A stretch of DNA of 64,000 nucleotides from Albugo candida (GCA_040437565.1 JBDOQK010000041.1:1-64000), one strand, 5' to 3'; numbered from the stretch's first letter, positions 1-13,373 are shown. The notes: a model not told the origin generated them from the letters alone. Program-made: numbers and translations.

Positions 1-1499
1 GGACATTGTTTTATCCACGTTGTGCGATGCATATGGAATTATTACAGCCCAGCTTTCAATTGACTATAGTCTCAGCTCATTTGCACCCCACGCAACGCTC
101 GATCCTCATTGGGCAGTCAAAGATAGGAAGGCTTCGAATTCCCTTCAACACGCTGTCTACCACTTCCTCGGTTTTGATGTAAAAGTGTTGTATCTTGAAC
201 ATGGTGAGTAAGCTGTTGATCAGTTTTCACGGCCAACCTCCAGAAGCCACATCGACGTACTGCTGTCCAGATTGGTGATTTCTGCTTTCGCCTTCTCTTA
301 CTCCGCTGTTGCTCTTGAGCGAGCCAATATTCACGCCAAATTCTTCGGCAACTTGGACTTGTATCTCTTGTGAAAATTCTCCATCAAATTCCGAAAGTAG
401 AAGAAATGGGACGTCTGGTGCCGATGTATGCATAGTTTTCATAGGTATGATGTCTCTTTCCTATATCACGAATGATGAAGATGGCCAGAGGTGGGAGAGT
501 AGGAACTCTAAAAACCAGCTCCAGTTATCTTCATTCTCGAGCCCAACTCTGATATAAGTTGGACCTCTTTGGTTCCATTTCGAAAGCAAGCTACAAGGAG
601 GATCCCCCGATTGAGGTAATCATAAACGTGCCATCCACGGAAATTCCACGCCCCCTGTTTGGCTTACATGCTTATAGCCGTTCTCGGAAATTGACACTCA
701 GCCACATAAATTCACTATCTAGGATATCAAGCTTGGCTTTGTGGCCTCGAATGTTTACTTCAGCCATGTAAGATGTTGAATGAGGCTGCATTGCTCAAAA
801 CCACTTTCGAAAAACTCAAGCTTATATTTTGATTGCGTGAGCACATTTTATATATTTGGTGGAAATCCCTTCGTTTTTTCAACTTCCTTTGGATCATCAC
901 CGGAGTAACTTTCCTGCCGATCCCATGGCCACATTTCCTACTGCAGGGTTTACAGCAATTGTTTCGCAGTTGTATATCTACGAGACGCCTTACGATTGGA
1001 ATACTTACTAGGAGCGCAAAAAAGTTTATTGGAGGGCTAAATGTCCTAGAAAAATATTCAAACTACGCGACGGAGAAACAGCCATGCTGTATGCACACTG
1101 CTTTACAACGCCGCTTGTCACCTGGCAGCACACGAACGGACGGTTGCAGCTTCGTTTGTACTAAATTACTGCTTTTATGATATTTCGTTTGTTAGCATAA
1201 ATTCTGTTCTCGAAGAACCTGCTGCTAGTTTCCTGTTGCTCGTCGTCGCTTCTCATCGCTGCTGTTGAATTGTGCAACGTGTATATCCGTACGTATAGTA
1301 CTGTTCACAGCCTTGGTATATACTTTTTCTTTTCTGATCTCAACGAGTTCGACTGTTTGATCGACCGCTTTTGCATATGTTTTGTATGGGAAATGCATGC
1401 TGTATTTCTTCCTAGCCGTCTGTAACTTGTAGCGTCGACACTGAGAGAAAGATAAACAGTCGAGCAAGACACGGAGGTTTGTACGGATGCAATTTGATT

Positions 1500-3130
1500 T
1501 TCATCTTGTTGTTTCTCCGAATTTAAAATTGTACGTCTGACGATAAGGATGTTGGTAATCCGGACTACTGAAGCAGGCGCTTATCCCACGAAGTGATACG
1601 ACTGTTGTGAATGCAGATTAAGTGCATGCGATACAAACGAAGACGCCAGGAGTGATAAATACATCTACACGTGTTCGATCGACCGCGTTGATACTTATAC
1701 TAGCGGCTGCTGCATGACCTAAACTGCATCTTGGACATTGTGCGTCATAGAATGGAGTTGTTCCTCTTTTTAACCATAAAAACTAGAAAAGTGATATAAT
1801 ATTGCCAACACAAGAAAAATTGCTAATTACAGTGATAACACGAGGGTCACCGATTAAAGAATGGTGTTTGCAGAGGATTAGAGTCTTATTTTGCGATTTA
1901 AGCAGGGAGCTCTCAAATTGCTACGTCACGAAGAGCATTTGGTCATATCATTCCCATATCATGCCAGTTTTGAGAAAGAAACTGGTCTTGAACAAAGTGA
2001 TTGTAGTGCAAGGTCCGTAGTTGATTCAGTCTGCAAGGATCGGTGATAAAAACCATGACGACTTTCGGTGTAAAATAATAGTTATCGTTCCAAGTCACTC
2101 GTCCTGACCAACACATTTCTGTACAACGATACGAGCACGTATTTGGAACAAATGAGTAGAATACAGTCGCAATTGGAGCACGTGAGAAGCATAGCTTTCT
2201 GGTTTTCATCGTCAAGTAGACAAACCATGAAGTGTTTCCATTTAGATGCTTGAAATAACAATCTCTTAATGGAGGACATTAACAAACAAACCACTATAGT
2301 AACGATTCAAAAATACTTGATCCAAACAATGGGTTGCCATGCTCCAAATTTTTATTAGCTTTAACACAAGACATCGGCATATGTGGCTCAATTTAAACGG
2401 CAAGCTAATTGTAGTGTGATTTCCAAGCAACGAGGTAACAAGGAGAATTCACGCAGCTAAGAGTAGATGATAGTTGAGAGAATGTACGGAAAGTCCGGCT
2501 CGGTCGGTAGTGCGCATGGAGATACACAACGGCCAATGATTCCAAGGCTTCGAAACATTAATGCAAGATGTATAGCTTATGGCATGTTTAACATCGTAGT
2601 ACGGAATAGCGATAATGAATGGAAGGCATGATTGCCAACGATGAGCATTATCATGTTGCAGAAGCGAATATGGTAGCCGGAGTTGAAGCTCGAGTCTGGG
2701 AATCACATTACTGGTTACAGCTTCCGGTTCAAACTCGAATCAAAAATAATTCCATCCCGACCACGTTAGACGCATAGTGCATGTGCTGTTGTGCCGTCGA
2801 TTTGGATAGAACGGCTATCAACCAGTAACATTCGTTACGGCTTGCATTGCAAAAAGTGGCTCTTACTTTCGTCTGGATCGATCAACGATTAGACAATTAC
2901 AGCACTTTCCGCGTTCTACACCACGTTTAGTGTGCAGAATCAAGACAAAGGTATCCAGATCGCAAAGGTGCAGAATAGAATCGAACGCAAGGATCATATG
3001 TTTTTTTGTCTGCGACTCCACGATCTTTGCTGCGGGTACGGCACCGGCAAGTAGAAGTGCAAGTGCAACTCCGATCCCAGTCCTAGCTGTATGGCTATAT
3101 CAAGTCTAGTTGGGTGGACACCGCTCGAGC
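1500..3130 (+). mobile_element. Highly decayed non-LTR (LINE) retrotransposon relic, 3' portion; left boundary approximate
   Basis: 3039-3125 is clearly homologous to 56726-56810 (cggcaccg.caagtagaagtgcaa...gatcc.agtcctag.tg.atggcta...ggaca.cgct). ctacaccacgtttagtg occurs at ~2916 and ~56572. The second copy lies downstream of an APE endonuclease relic. A KTPG-like motif lies near 1640. No long ORF. Confidence 0.55.
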
Positions 3131-4258
3131 GAACAGTGTAACTAACCATTATGATTTCTTTATCACAATCATGGTGGGTTCAGATAGCCACGATAAAGCT
3201 CTGTCAACAGGAAGAAATCTTATCAACTCGCACAGGTATTTTCATCATGCCTTTTGCATGCATATGTATCATAAAGATAGCATAGGCATTCAAATAAATC
3301 AATTAGTAAGGAAAGTCACCTCCAAATGGATAAAGCTGCCATGATGAAGGTTGATGTGGTCAAAATTCTATGTGATGCAGATAATGAAAGCAACTGACCA
3401 ACCCTGACAATGTTTTGGTAATGATTACACATAGACATTCAATTTTACCTGATGAGAGTTTCATCAATGCAACAATCCTCCTCCCACTGCTACTACAAGT
3501 GCCAAATGTAAATAAAACTGGACAATGCTACATTTACAAGCTTTGCTTCGCCACGGTCGTATAGACTGAGCTTTTAGCTTTGACGCAAGGAATACGCGAA
3601 AGCTTCCGTGTTCAACAAAGATACGGTGGGCTAGCACACGAAGAATTTGAAAAAGAACTCGCAGCTGCAACATTGAGAAGCTTGATGCATATATTTATCA
3701 TGTGTCTTAAATCGCTGGGAGATAATAGCAAAAATTCAAATTCAATACGATTTGGCTCGCTAAGAGAGATTCCTGCTTTTGTGAACAAAATTGTAAGCCA
3801 CTAAGGTACCAGAAGCATCATGAATGAAAGGCAGTCACACGATCATCATAATATATACTGCAATTCCACTGGACTTCACCTTGCTGTCTACGAAAGCTGC
3901 TTACTGCCTGGAAGTCAAGCTTATACACAAATTTGTTTCTGTCGGTTAAGTTATTACTCCTGAAGCCTCTGATAATCACTTGACAACATTTAACATAAAG
4001 CGTCAGGTCGTCGACTTGGTTCAGTACATAACAGAAATCAATGCAATCACAACGTTATATAACTNNNNNNNNNNNNNNNNNNNNNNNNNNNNNNNNNNNN
4101 NNNNNNNNNNNNNNNNNNNNNNNNNNNNNNNNNNNNNNNNNNNNNNNNNNNNNNNNNNNNNNNNTCACAACGTTATATAACTATACACCAATTGGGTGGT
4201 GAGAAATCGCGGGCCTCTTTTCGTTATATTTCAGAGCTACCAGAAAGAGTCGATACAA

Positions 4259-4834
4259 ATGCCTGGGTACAGTCAAGAGCCAGAAGATGCGCAACGAGCA
4301 GCCAAAGCTCGTGGTCAACACATTCGCGTGCACTTCAAACACTGTCGTGAAGTTGCGCATGCAATCAAAAACATGTCTCTAATCAAAGCAAAAAGATTTC
4401 TGGGTGATGTACTGGAGTACAAGCAAGCTGTCCCATTCACCAAATTCACGGGCGGGTGCGGTCGCCACGCGCAAGGCAAGCTTCGTGGAGCAGCGGGTGA
4501 CAAATGCAAGTGGCCTCAAAAAGCCACAAAAATTATCTTGGATCTTCTTAAGAACGCGGAAGCCAATGCCGAGATGAAAGGACTGCAATTGTCAAAGCTA
4601 TACATCACGCACGTGCAAGCTAACAGCGCTGTGTGTCAACGTCGGCGTACCTATCGAGCACACGGACGTGTGGGACCGTACATGTCCCATCCAGCGCACT
4701 TTGAATTGATCCTCACGGAAAAGCGTGACAATGTCGAGAAAGCGCCGGAAGAAAAGAAACAAGTCAAATTGTCCCGCAAGCGTCTCGCGCAACTTCGTTT
4801 GAAATCGGGTGGAGGAATTCCAGCAGCAGAGTAA
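4259..4834 (+). CDS. RPL17: 60S ribosomal protein L17 (uL22), intronless, 191 aa
   Basis: AKARGQHIRVHFKHCREVAHAIK, KWPQKA, RRRTYRAHGRVGPYMSHPAHFELILTE are diagnostic eukaryotic L17 motifs. First ATG is at 4259. Confidence 0.97.
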   Translation: MPGYSQEPEDAQRAAKARGQHIRVHFKHCREVAHAIKNMSLIKAKRFLGDVLEYKQAVPFTKFTGGCGRHAQGKLRGAAGDKCKWPQKATKIILDLLKNAEANAEMKGLQLSKLYITHVQANSAVCQRRRTYRAHGRVGPYMSHPAHFELILTEKRDNVEKAPEEKKQVKLSRKRLAQLRLKSGGGIPAAE

Positions 4835-5085
4835 ACAGGTGAACGATGGCTGTCGGTTCTTTTCGTTCTTGATGAATGCTTGGAGTAAATTTCAATACAT
4901 TCTTCAAGTACACTGGGCTCAGAATTGTGTTTCATGTTTTGATTCGCTACTTACTGTCCAAAATCGCAATCAGCTGATAGTCTCCTGCACTTGTGACTTG
5001 ACATCATAACATAAATTTCGTGGTCGTATTGCTGTTGCTAATCGGAGCCTGGTGTCTCGAGGCTGTGCGTCTACGTGTTGACACT

Positions 5086-8000
5086 CTACTGCAGATGTTG
5101 TATGAGATATTCCGCAAGCTGGTCTGTGAATCCATAGTCTGCAGTTCGAACAGTAAGGTCGAGAAAGCCTTGGTTCCGTATTTTGATGTGGATCAGAGCT
5201 ACAGAGTCGGAATTTCCAAGTCGACAAACCGCAATCGCTTCATTTGCTGTAAAAGAGAAATACATTGTCAGTGAACGATTGTATCGCTACACCAATAACG
5301 TACTGGAAGGAATCGATTCGACAGTGTGAATCATCAGATTTGTCACCCGATCAGAGAATTCAGCCAAATTTCGAATTCTACCAGCAGGTACTTTGACTTT
5401 CTTTTCACAGGGACAAGCACCCCACCGAGAGCCAAACTCCTGGGTGTTGATTCGACAAGGTTGCAGCGATCGGCCATTGTACTGAAAAGTGGTCACTGAA
5501 GGAGATAGCCGGAGATCTGAAGGAAAGAGACGTTTTAGATGTGCCAAGTGTCCGCTAGGAGCAGCATACCGTTGATACCGACAGCTAAGGCCGACTCGGA
5601 GGTAACAGACTGTGTTGGTGAGCCTCCCGCCGTACTTCCTGGATTATGGAACGGATCTTGTGAAACATGAGATGGTAGTGATGCTTGCAAAAGAGTTGCT
5701 TGCGGTGGAGTATCAAATGATATGTCGAGCAAGTCAACCTCAGCTTGCACCGGTGGTGGCTGAGCAGGACCTGGTTGCGGAGTATGAGTGGGCTCTTGAA
5801 TCAAAGTCGGTCGACTTGGGGTTCTCTTTGTAGGAGCTTTTCCGACATTGGATCGCCGACTTGATCTCATTTTGCCGGCTGATCCTCGACGAGATATAGC
5901 TGGTGCACTCCCACCCGGAATGCCTCCAAAAATTGCAGAAGCCATCAGTTGGCGCTCATCGGGCTCTGGGGGCTCTTCTTCGTACTCTTGTTCCATCGGT
6001 GGGTCCATCGGGTATGCGTTTGTGGGCGGAGGGTACCTTGAAACTTCAGACGAATGGTTGAATCCACCTTGTGGGTGCCCAGGCGGTCCGGTAGCCATAT
6101 TATACGGATCATGTGGAGGAGTCTCGCCAAGAAGCCCAGTTGGACCCCACACGTTTTTCGGTCCACGTTGAGCATAGCCATCACCTTCATTCGTTGAAGA
6201 TGCATTCCAACCCCCTGCATGATTATTCGCAGGTGGTCCGCCTTGTCCTGGAGCAGGTGCACCCCACTTACTGCTGAATGGAGTCGGGACATTGGCAGAA
6301 GGTGGTAGTTTGGTAGCATACGGTAATTCTGGTTTCTGGTACGCTTCAAAGTTTAGTCGATCCGAATTTCGAGTCTTCCGCATGTTGTACTCTTCTTCTT
6401 CATCTGAATCTTGCGGTGGGTCATACAATGGTGCGCCTTGGGCAACTGCCTTCTCCACAAAAGGTGTCAGAAACGAGAGGTCACTATCCACCTGGATATC
6501 TTCGCAGCTGGCATCTTCAGGGAACAATTGAGACATCAGTGCTGGAGCTTTCGTCAGCGCTAGATACTCAAAGCAGCGCTGCTGTATGTCGGTACTTCGA
6601 CTCGTCTTGTATTTGTTCATGAGATCGTCTGCGATTTCGATGGTGTGTCCCATTTGAGCTGTTATTTTGGTAATAGCAGTGAGAACATATCCTCGCGTGA
6701 TGTCTTCTTGATTGAATGGACGATCTACAAGCTCACAGAGTCTCTCGCAAATCTCTTCCAGGTCCATATTCGAGGCTAAATAGCCGTATTCTCCTAGTAC
6801 CCACGCCATTGTGCATACTAGAATATCGGGTAGAACAGTTGGCTCTAGCAAATCGAGATACGTATCCACCGCATCACGACGGAGTTCCATGTCTTGCTCC
6901 TCGTCTTCTCCGCTTCCTTCCGCAATTAAGCGAAGGAGATTGTGGGCTACTTCTGGCTGCACAAGATCGCCACCAAGTTCGAAAAGATTTGTCATCGTTT
7001 GGATGTACCAGCCATTGCTAGGCGCATATCGCTCAGCACATTGCGTGATCCTTGAGACGAGTTCTGTTCGTAAGAAAACATCTGTTGTTTCTCTGAGAAA
7101 CTGAGTCAGCTTGTCGGATATGAATTCCACATTGACTGGATTTGTCATTCTATACAATAAATCCAATGTTCTGCGTTTCAGTGTCTCATCCGGGTCTTCG
7201 AGACAATCGATTACGGCCATTTGATGTGCAGCGGCATACTTTGGATGATCCTTCACGATCGCTGCCAATCCAGTAACTCCAAGATACTTGAGATTGTGAT
7301 TATCACTGCTGATGAAACGCGAGATACTAGCTGCAGCTGCGTCCAATAAAGTGCTATTTGGATAAATTGTCGTGACTGTTCGTACACATTCGTAGATAAT
7401 CGCATATCCCACATTGATTCCAGTATCCGCTCGCCTCATGACATCATGCAGTACTTCATACATTCCTTCACTCGTTTGTTGATCTGCTTGACCCAAAAGT
7501 GATAGAATCTTGAGTAGCCGAATCTGGATCCAAGGTGCTGGTATGCGATGATAATCGAATTCTCTTGGTAGACGATGTTCTGTGATCTGTTTCAGTATGC
7601 TTACAAAGCTGGGCACTAGATCCTTGTACGCACTCGGGTTCGCTAGCGATAAGTCATGTAAACTGCACAAGGTGGCACCCATAACACTTGGGTCTCGATC
7701 ACAGAGAGCTCGACGTAATATATCTCCGCTGTCTTGTATAGAGTCCGGTTTAAGCTGATGGAAACGATGCATCGCCATAACCGCTTTTTTTCGTACTATT
7801 TCCGCATCATGTCGCATCAAATCGGTGATCATTGGCTGTACAGCTGGAATCATCTCCACGGTGACCAGCTTACAAACAGCCATTAGTGCTGCACATACTT
7901 CCAAGTGGTTGGACGACTGTAAGTCGCGTTGTAACTGATTATTGATCATTAAGCGAAACTCATGTGTTGGAGAGAGTACCAAGCTGCATGTGAGATAGCC

Positions 8001-8291
8001 GACGCGTTTCTGCAGCAAATTCGTGCTTGCAGTCATTTCTACCGCTTTGATGTACCCGAAGGAGGCATCGTGGCCCAGCATTTCCACATACATTAATCGA
8101 ATCAAAAACTCTTTTTTGCGTTTGTTGATCGCAGTTCCGGTTGCGGAGGAGACGGCAGATACGTCATTCATTTTTCGTTTTAATTGTGCGACTTCATGGA
8201 GAATGATACGGTCTTCTTCCTGCTTGGATTTGCTTTCTCCGATTGATTTTACGAGCTCAAAGAATTCTTTGGATAAGTGACTTCCAGACAT
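5086..8291 (-). CDS. AP4E1: AP-4 adaptor complex subunit epsilon; two short 3' introns
   Basis: Adaptin N-terminal solenoid (SKEFFELVKSIGESKSKQEEDRII, KRVGYL, YHRIPAPWIQI) followed by a Pro-rich hinge. GT-AG introns (aacg|gtatgc...ccttcag; ttcca|gtacgt...ttttacag) join the appendage exons ending ...DQLAEYLIQHLQ* at 5086. Confidence 0.93.
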
Positions 8292-10317
8292 TTGGTAAGC
8301 TGCTATGTGAGTGAGATTCAGAATAAGCTTCTTACAGCGCAAACTACGCGCAGGAGCAAGTTTCAGGGAGCGAGATTATTTGGAAGGTGCCGCTTGTTAT
8401 CTTCGGATGAACCTAGATTAAGTGCGTATGTGCGTGCCGATATGCGCTGTCTAACTGCTCAGCGAGTACTCGGAGCAAACTGCATCGTACCACCACTACC
8501 TTGAAAAATGGTGCGTGTTGATGTCATACCCGTCGTATTGTACTGAGATTTCTCACAGTCTCTGTTTTTCTGCCTGTTAGACTTCCGCTTGACTAGGTAC
8601 GGTTGTATCTGGAAAAGCGGTAAACAGCCATCGAAGATTGGAAGCGAGGCGCTTCATGCGAAATTAATTCATCTATCTTGGGTCAGGAAGATATTCACGA
8701 CAATGAAAATGTAGAACTGTACGAAGGCTCATGTTCCTCTTATTGGATATATGCTTTATATCCAAACGGAAATAGAAGATGGAGAATACGGTTAACGTGC
8801 CATCGGTTGCCCGATGAGGACAACTGTTGTTGACACTATGACGGGGCCATATATGATCATGTCGACTTTGGAAGTTTTTCTAAGGATTGGGTGCATCTGG
8901 TTGCCGTTTAAGATATCGTTGTTGGTATGAAGTGCGTTGTTAACGTGCGCGAGTCTTGGTGAAAATCTCCTGTTTTACGTAACATCGTTGCAATAAATCA
9001 GCGCTACATTTGAAATTCTGAGACCAGTCAGCTTTCACTCGTGCTGCAGGTATGGTATATCACACCAGCCATTCACAATCACAAACGAGTTGGTCTACTA
9101 AGAAGTCAATATGAACGACTGACCACGTCCATAGATTCAAGGATCACTCAATCCCTCACGCTACAAAAGCTTTTTATCTCCTTCTTGAGCCGTAGCTGTA
9201 CAATACAGCAGATCACGCTACGAGGGGAAGATTAGAATAGCAGAGACACCAAACCTCGTACCAGCCATATTCATGCTTTGTCGAACCGTCTTCTGTGTAT
9301 CCTATGGCCAAAAACAATCAATGCAATGTAAGAAGCCAGATTTGTCCAAGTTTGAATTCTCATAAGAAAATGGCAAAGCCTTCACTTGAAGTGAACGTCC
9401 CGCACACCGCGTTTACGGTGCCAACGGAACGAAGTACAGCTTTGGTGGGAAGCCCGTCTTCTTATCTGCGAGGTAATATTTGTCGGGTCTTTTGAAGCAA
9501 GGAAACAATGAGTTGATGAAAATCGCTAGATCAACCCGAGCCAAACATGAGCCATAAACAACTGAGATCTCAGATTATAACATCAGATCAAAATCGTTCG
9601 TGGAAATATATGGTGTTGAAGTGTTCTATATGTGGTAGAGGATGTGGTCAAGGACAAGCGTATACTGCTTAAGGAATTTCTGGAGGACATTTCTGGCGCC
9701 GTTCATTAGATAGAAAGCAGACTCTCCAGACGAAGTGAAAAGGACCGTACAGAGTATTAAATGAATATATGCTTTGCTTCAATCTGTTGACCAGAAACGG
9801 AAATGTGGCTCTAAGAAATGAGAAATTGCGGCATTTGATTTCATCTGATATATTTTTTTAATATATGTGACGAGCTTGGTAGCTACAAATGGCTTCAATG
9901 ACACTGCAAAGAGCATAGACAGTATCTGGCCAGATTTTACCAAATATGGTTGGAAAAGGTACAATTGCAGTCTTTCAATTAAGTCTGAACAGGTCAACTG
10001 GCTCTAAGCCACGCTTCATCCGTACCAGCAAAGCGCAGGAAGTAATAGTAGACACAATAGACAAGAAGCAGCATCGACCTAATTGCCATAAATACTATGG
10101 CTCGTGAAATANNNNNNNNNNNNNNNNNNNNNNNNNNNNNNNNNNNNNNNNNNNNNNNNNNNNNNNNNNNNNNNNNNNNNNNNNNNNNNNNNNNNNNNNN
10201 NNNNNNNNNNNCAATAGACAAGAAGCAGCATCGACCTAATTGCCATAAATACTATGGCTCGTGAAATAACCGGTTACGAATACGGTAAATATCAAAGACT
10301 TGGACGTTTTGGAAACT

Positions 10318-10710
10318 ATGGCGCTGCGCGTGGCGAAAGAGCAACTCACGAAGGCAAAATCAAGCCCTGCTGTCACTCTGTACCGATACATAATCAAACA
10401 GGTTCCTCGAGTCCTGACTCTGTACGACATTACGATGGAACCTTCAGAAGCTCGACTGGCGATTCAGGCTTTATTTCGCAAAAATGCAAATATCAAAGAT
10501 CCCCGAGTTGTTGACATGCTGATCACAAAAGCAAACATGGAATTGGAAGAAACTCTTTTGCAGTGGAAGCAAAAAGTGCATCTTCTTACGCTATTAGAAA
10601 CGGGAATGCAGCTACGCGCATCGGCCGATAAAGTCAAAAAGGATCCGTTTGAGAATTTTATAGCAGGAGTTGAGGATGAAGATGAAGCTTGGGACGAAAT
10701 CAAGTTCTGA
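10318..10710 (+). CDS. NDUFA6: Mitochondrial complex I LYR-family subunit B14/NDUFA6
   Basis: LYR motif (TLYRYIIKQVP), FRKNANIKDPRVVDMLITKANMELEETLLQWKQKVHLL. First ATG is at 10318. Confidence 0.88.
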   Translation: MALRVAKEQLTKAKSSPAVTLYRYIIKQVPRVLTLYDITMEPSEARLAIQALFRKNANIKDPRVVDMLITKANMELEETLLQWKQKVHLLTLLETGMQLRASADKVKKDPFENFIAGVEDEDEAWDEIKF

Positions 10711-11258
10711 TGATAAATCACATCAACCGGTCGATTACTTTGCGTTTCCTGATAATCGTAGAATCATGCTTGTGTAGTAACTGCTTGACTTCATACACTC
10801 GCAATTTGAATAATCCCTACAATCTATTAATGCACATTATAATAATGGAATGTTGAAATTTCGAAAGATGCCGTCAAACGTGCCAACACGTGGACTTTGA
10901 TACTGAACGAATAGGCCTGTAAATGAGGCCTACAAATTTTCTAGAGATCGTGGTGCATGTTTTGCTTGTAAGGGCTGAGCTCTCTGTCTGACTAGCAGGC
11001 GATTTCGACCGCATATAAGTCTGATATGAGAAAGACCGTTTTTTGCAGAATGTGCGAAATCAATATAAAGAATTATACAAACAGAAAGGAAACATTTACA
11101 GTGGTACATGTATTCTTCGAATTTGAATGGATAACTGCGTCACTGCTTAGGAATCACATCTATTCACCTTCGAATTTGCTAAAGTATGCCTTTGCATTTT
11201 ACATTCTCACACTCGATTGTTTCTGAAAACAAATTGAAGCCAGCAGCCTTAGTACTAC

Positions 11259-13373
11259 ATGTTTTCGATCGTAGAGAAAACGTATCGCGTTGAATTGTCA
11301 GAAGACGATGAAGCTGATCTTCAGCGTTTAGGACAATCGCGAATCGATACGCTTATGAACCAACAACCTTTAACTTTAATTGAAGAAACGAAAAAACACT
11401 ACAAATTATATGAATTCTGCGAGAAAGATTGCTACACGATGAAAGCATCCACGACGACTGGCGTATCATTAATTGATATAATGTGTTTTTTGAGGATGGG
11501 AGACACCGCGGTGATGAGAGATGTAATGGGAGAGCTGTTCGGTAGTTTGTTTCTAGACGCTGTGGTTTTACATCGAAGCAATGGAAGCTTCTTAACGGGA
11601 TATCAGAGTATGAGTGTGAATTGGATGGCATTGCAATCATCCAAACCGCACTTACAGCACCGCGATTATACATTTTTGCGATATGGAGATATCATAGAGA
11701 AATTAGTCAAAGTTGACGGCGTCACGAAAACGAAACGAATTGGAGTTTCGATTTGGGAATCAGTAGAGCTGGATGGATGTGCGCCTCTACCTACGTCCCA
11801 GAATATCGAACGTCTCCGCTTGCGGCGATGCGGATTCGTAGTGGAAGAACTTGAGCATGCCGCTGGGGTTCGCATATCATTCAGTCTATCGGAACCACAT
11901 TCTGGTCGCACGACAGTCTCAGAACTAACGAGATTATGGATGATGAAAATGGTTTCTTGTATCGTGGAAATCCCCACAGCAATTGTTACCCGCGCACTAG
12001 CTTCACAAATACTTCTTACGAAAAAACAATTGCAGAAAGATGGAAGCAAGTGTAATATTTGTTACAAAGCATTTAGCATGCTTCGGAGAAAGCATCACTG
12101 TCGGTTTTGTGGAGATTTGGTATGCAGCAAATGTTCGGAAATGAGGTATCTAAGGCATAGACGTACCAAGAAAGGTATCCGAGTCTGTATACTTTGTTGG
12201 AAGCATACGTCGATATCATCAACATGTAGTCTTGTACGCACTCGATCTGATGGGGCATATCCGCTTACTGGACTATCATCTGTCACGAGCACTTCCACAG
12301 ACGATATCGGGGTCATGAGTGGTCGAACAGACAGTTTGGATGAATCGGCATGCGTATCAAATGCTGAAGCAGAAGCTTCGATGTATAGTACGGATAACGA
12401 TCCATCTGATTATGAATTGAGTTGTGATGCTCAGACAAATGCGGAAGAACCAACAAAAATGCAAAACTCTCTGAGACGTAGTAAAGCATCGTCACTGCTC
12501 AGCGAGAAAACAAGCGTCTCGACGAGCTATAACTCATTTGATTCTGCCATTGACGCATTAATACGAAGTTGCTCGTTTGACAACGGGGCGCTGATCCAAG
12601 ACGATCTACCTCTCTTAGATTCCGATATCCCTCTGGGCTCACTGAAAAAACACTTGGGTTGCCAGGATGATACCAGCACTACGGTATCCACGAATACCCC
12701 CTTTGCGTACAAATTGACCTTTGATGGCGTGCAAGAATGGCCTAGAGCTCCGATTCCGCACAACGAAATGGAGCGGCTTCGGAAGCTTCGTACATTGTGT
12801 CTTATCGATCCAAAACAGCAGTTGCGCAATTTATGCTCGATCGCTGTAGCAGAGCTGGGATTCAAATTGGTCGTGATATGTTTTGTGGGGGATAAAAGCT
12901 GCGTTCTCATCCCCCAAGCCGGCAAAGAATTCAACGTCTCTTTTGATCTACCCCGAAACATCGTACCTGGCGCACATGCAATCATGTCGAAAGAACCGAT
13001 GATTGTTCTGGATACATCAACGGATCCTCGATTTGCCAAGAACCCAGCTATCCTGGATCGAGATATCAAGTTTCTCGCTGGCTTTCCACTGATTACATCG
13101 GATGGGTATATAGTAGGATGCCTGAGTGTTGCAGATACCAAGACATGGGACAATCTGGACGGAACTTACATCAAATACCTTGAGAGCCTCGCGGAAGTGA
13201 TCATTCTCACCATTGAGATTTACTCGTCTCATTGTTCTACAAGAACGATACCACGCAATACATTTTCCAATTTGAGCTTATCGGCTGCTACACGTCAAAT
13301 GCAGGAATTACTCAATGCCGCAAATAATACCCAGCGTCAAGTTCGCATGCAGGCGTGTTCTGCTAGTAGATAA
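11259..13373 (+). CDS. START-like / FYVE zinc finger / GAF domain protein (oomycete-type), 704 aa
   Basis: FYVE: CNIC...RRKHHCRFCGDLVCSKCS...RVCILC. C-terminal GAF: PIPHNEMERL...DPRFAKNP...IKFLAGFPLITSDGYIVGCLSVAD. N-terminal HRDYTFLRY...SIWESV resembles START-like folds. Confidence 0.88.
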   Translation: MFSIVEKTYRVELSEDDEADLQRLGQSRIDTLMNQQPLTLIEETKKHYKLYEFCEKDCYTMKASTTTGVSLIDIMCFLRMGDTAVMRDVMGELFGSLFLDAVVLHRSNGSFLTGYQSMSVNWMALQSSKPHLQHRDYTFLRYGDIIEKLVKVDGVTKTKRIGVSIWESVELDGCAPLPTSQNIERLRLRRCGFVVEELEHAAGVRISFSLSEPHSGRTTVSELTRLWMMKMVSCIVEIPTAIVTRALASQILLTKKQLQKDGSKCNICYKAFSMLRRKHHCRFCGDLVCSKCSEMRYLRHRRTKKGIRVCILCWKHTSISSTCSLVRTRSDGAYPLTGLSSVTSTSTDDIGVMSGRTDSLDESACVSNAEAEASMYSTDNDPSDYELSCDAQTNAEEPTKMQNSLRRSKASSLLSEKTSVSTSYNSFDSAIDALIRSCSFDNGALIQDDLPLLDSDIPLGSLKKHLGCQDDTSTTVSTNTPFAYKLTFDGVQEWPRAPIPHNEMERLRKLRTLCLIDPKQQLRNLCSIAVAELGFKLVVICFVGDKSCVLIPQAGKEFNVSFDLPRNIVPGAHAIMSKEPMIVLDTSTDPRFAKNPAILDRDIKFLAGFPLITSDGYIVGCLSVADTKTWDNLDGTYIKYLESLAEVIILTIEIYSSHCSTRTIPRNTFSNLSLSAATRQMQELLNAANNTQRQVRMQACSASR

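Noticed and set aside
560..770. Retroviral-type aspartic protease relic on the minus strand (AEVNIRGHKAKLDILDS…)
   Set aside because: No intact DSG/DTG motif, internal stops, and no supporting RT/integrase nearby.
3510..3600. PPR/ELYS-like fragment LQALLRHGRID*AFSF
   Set aside because: Too short and stop-interrupted to assign.
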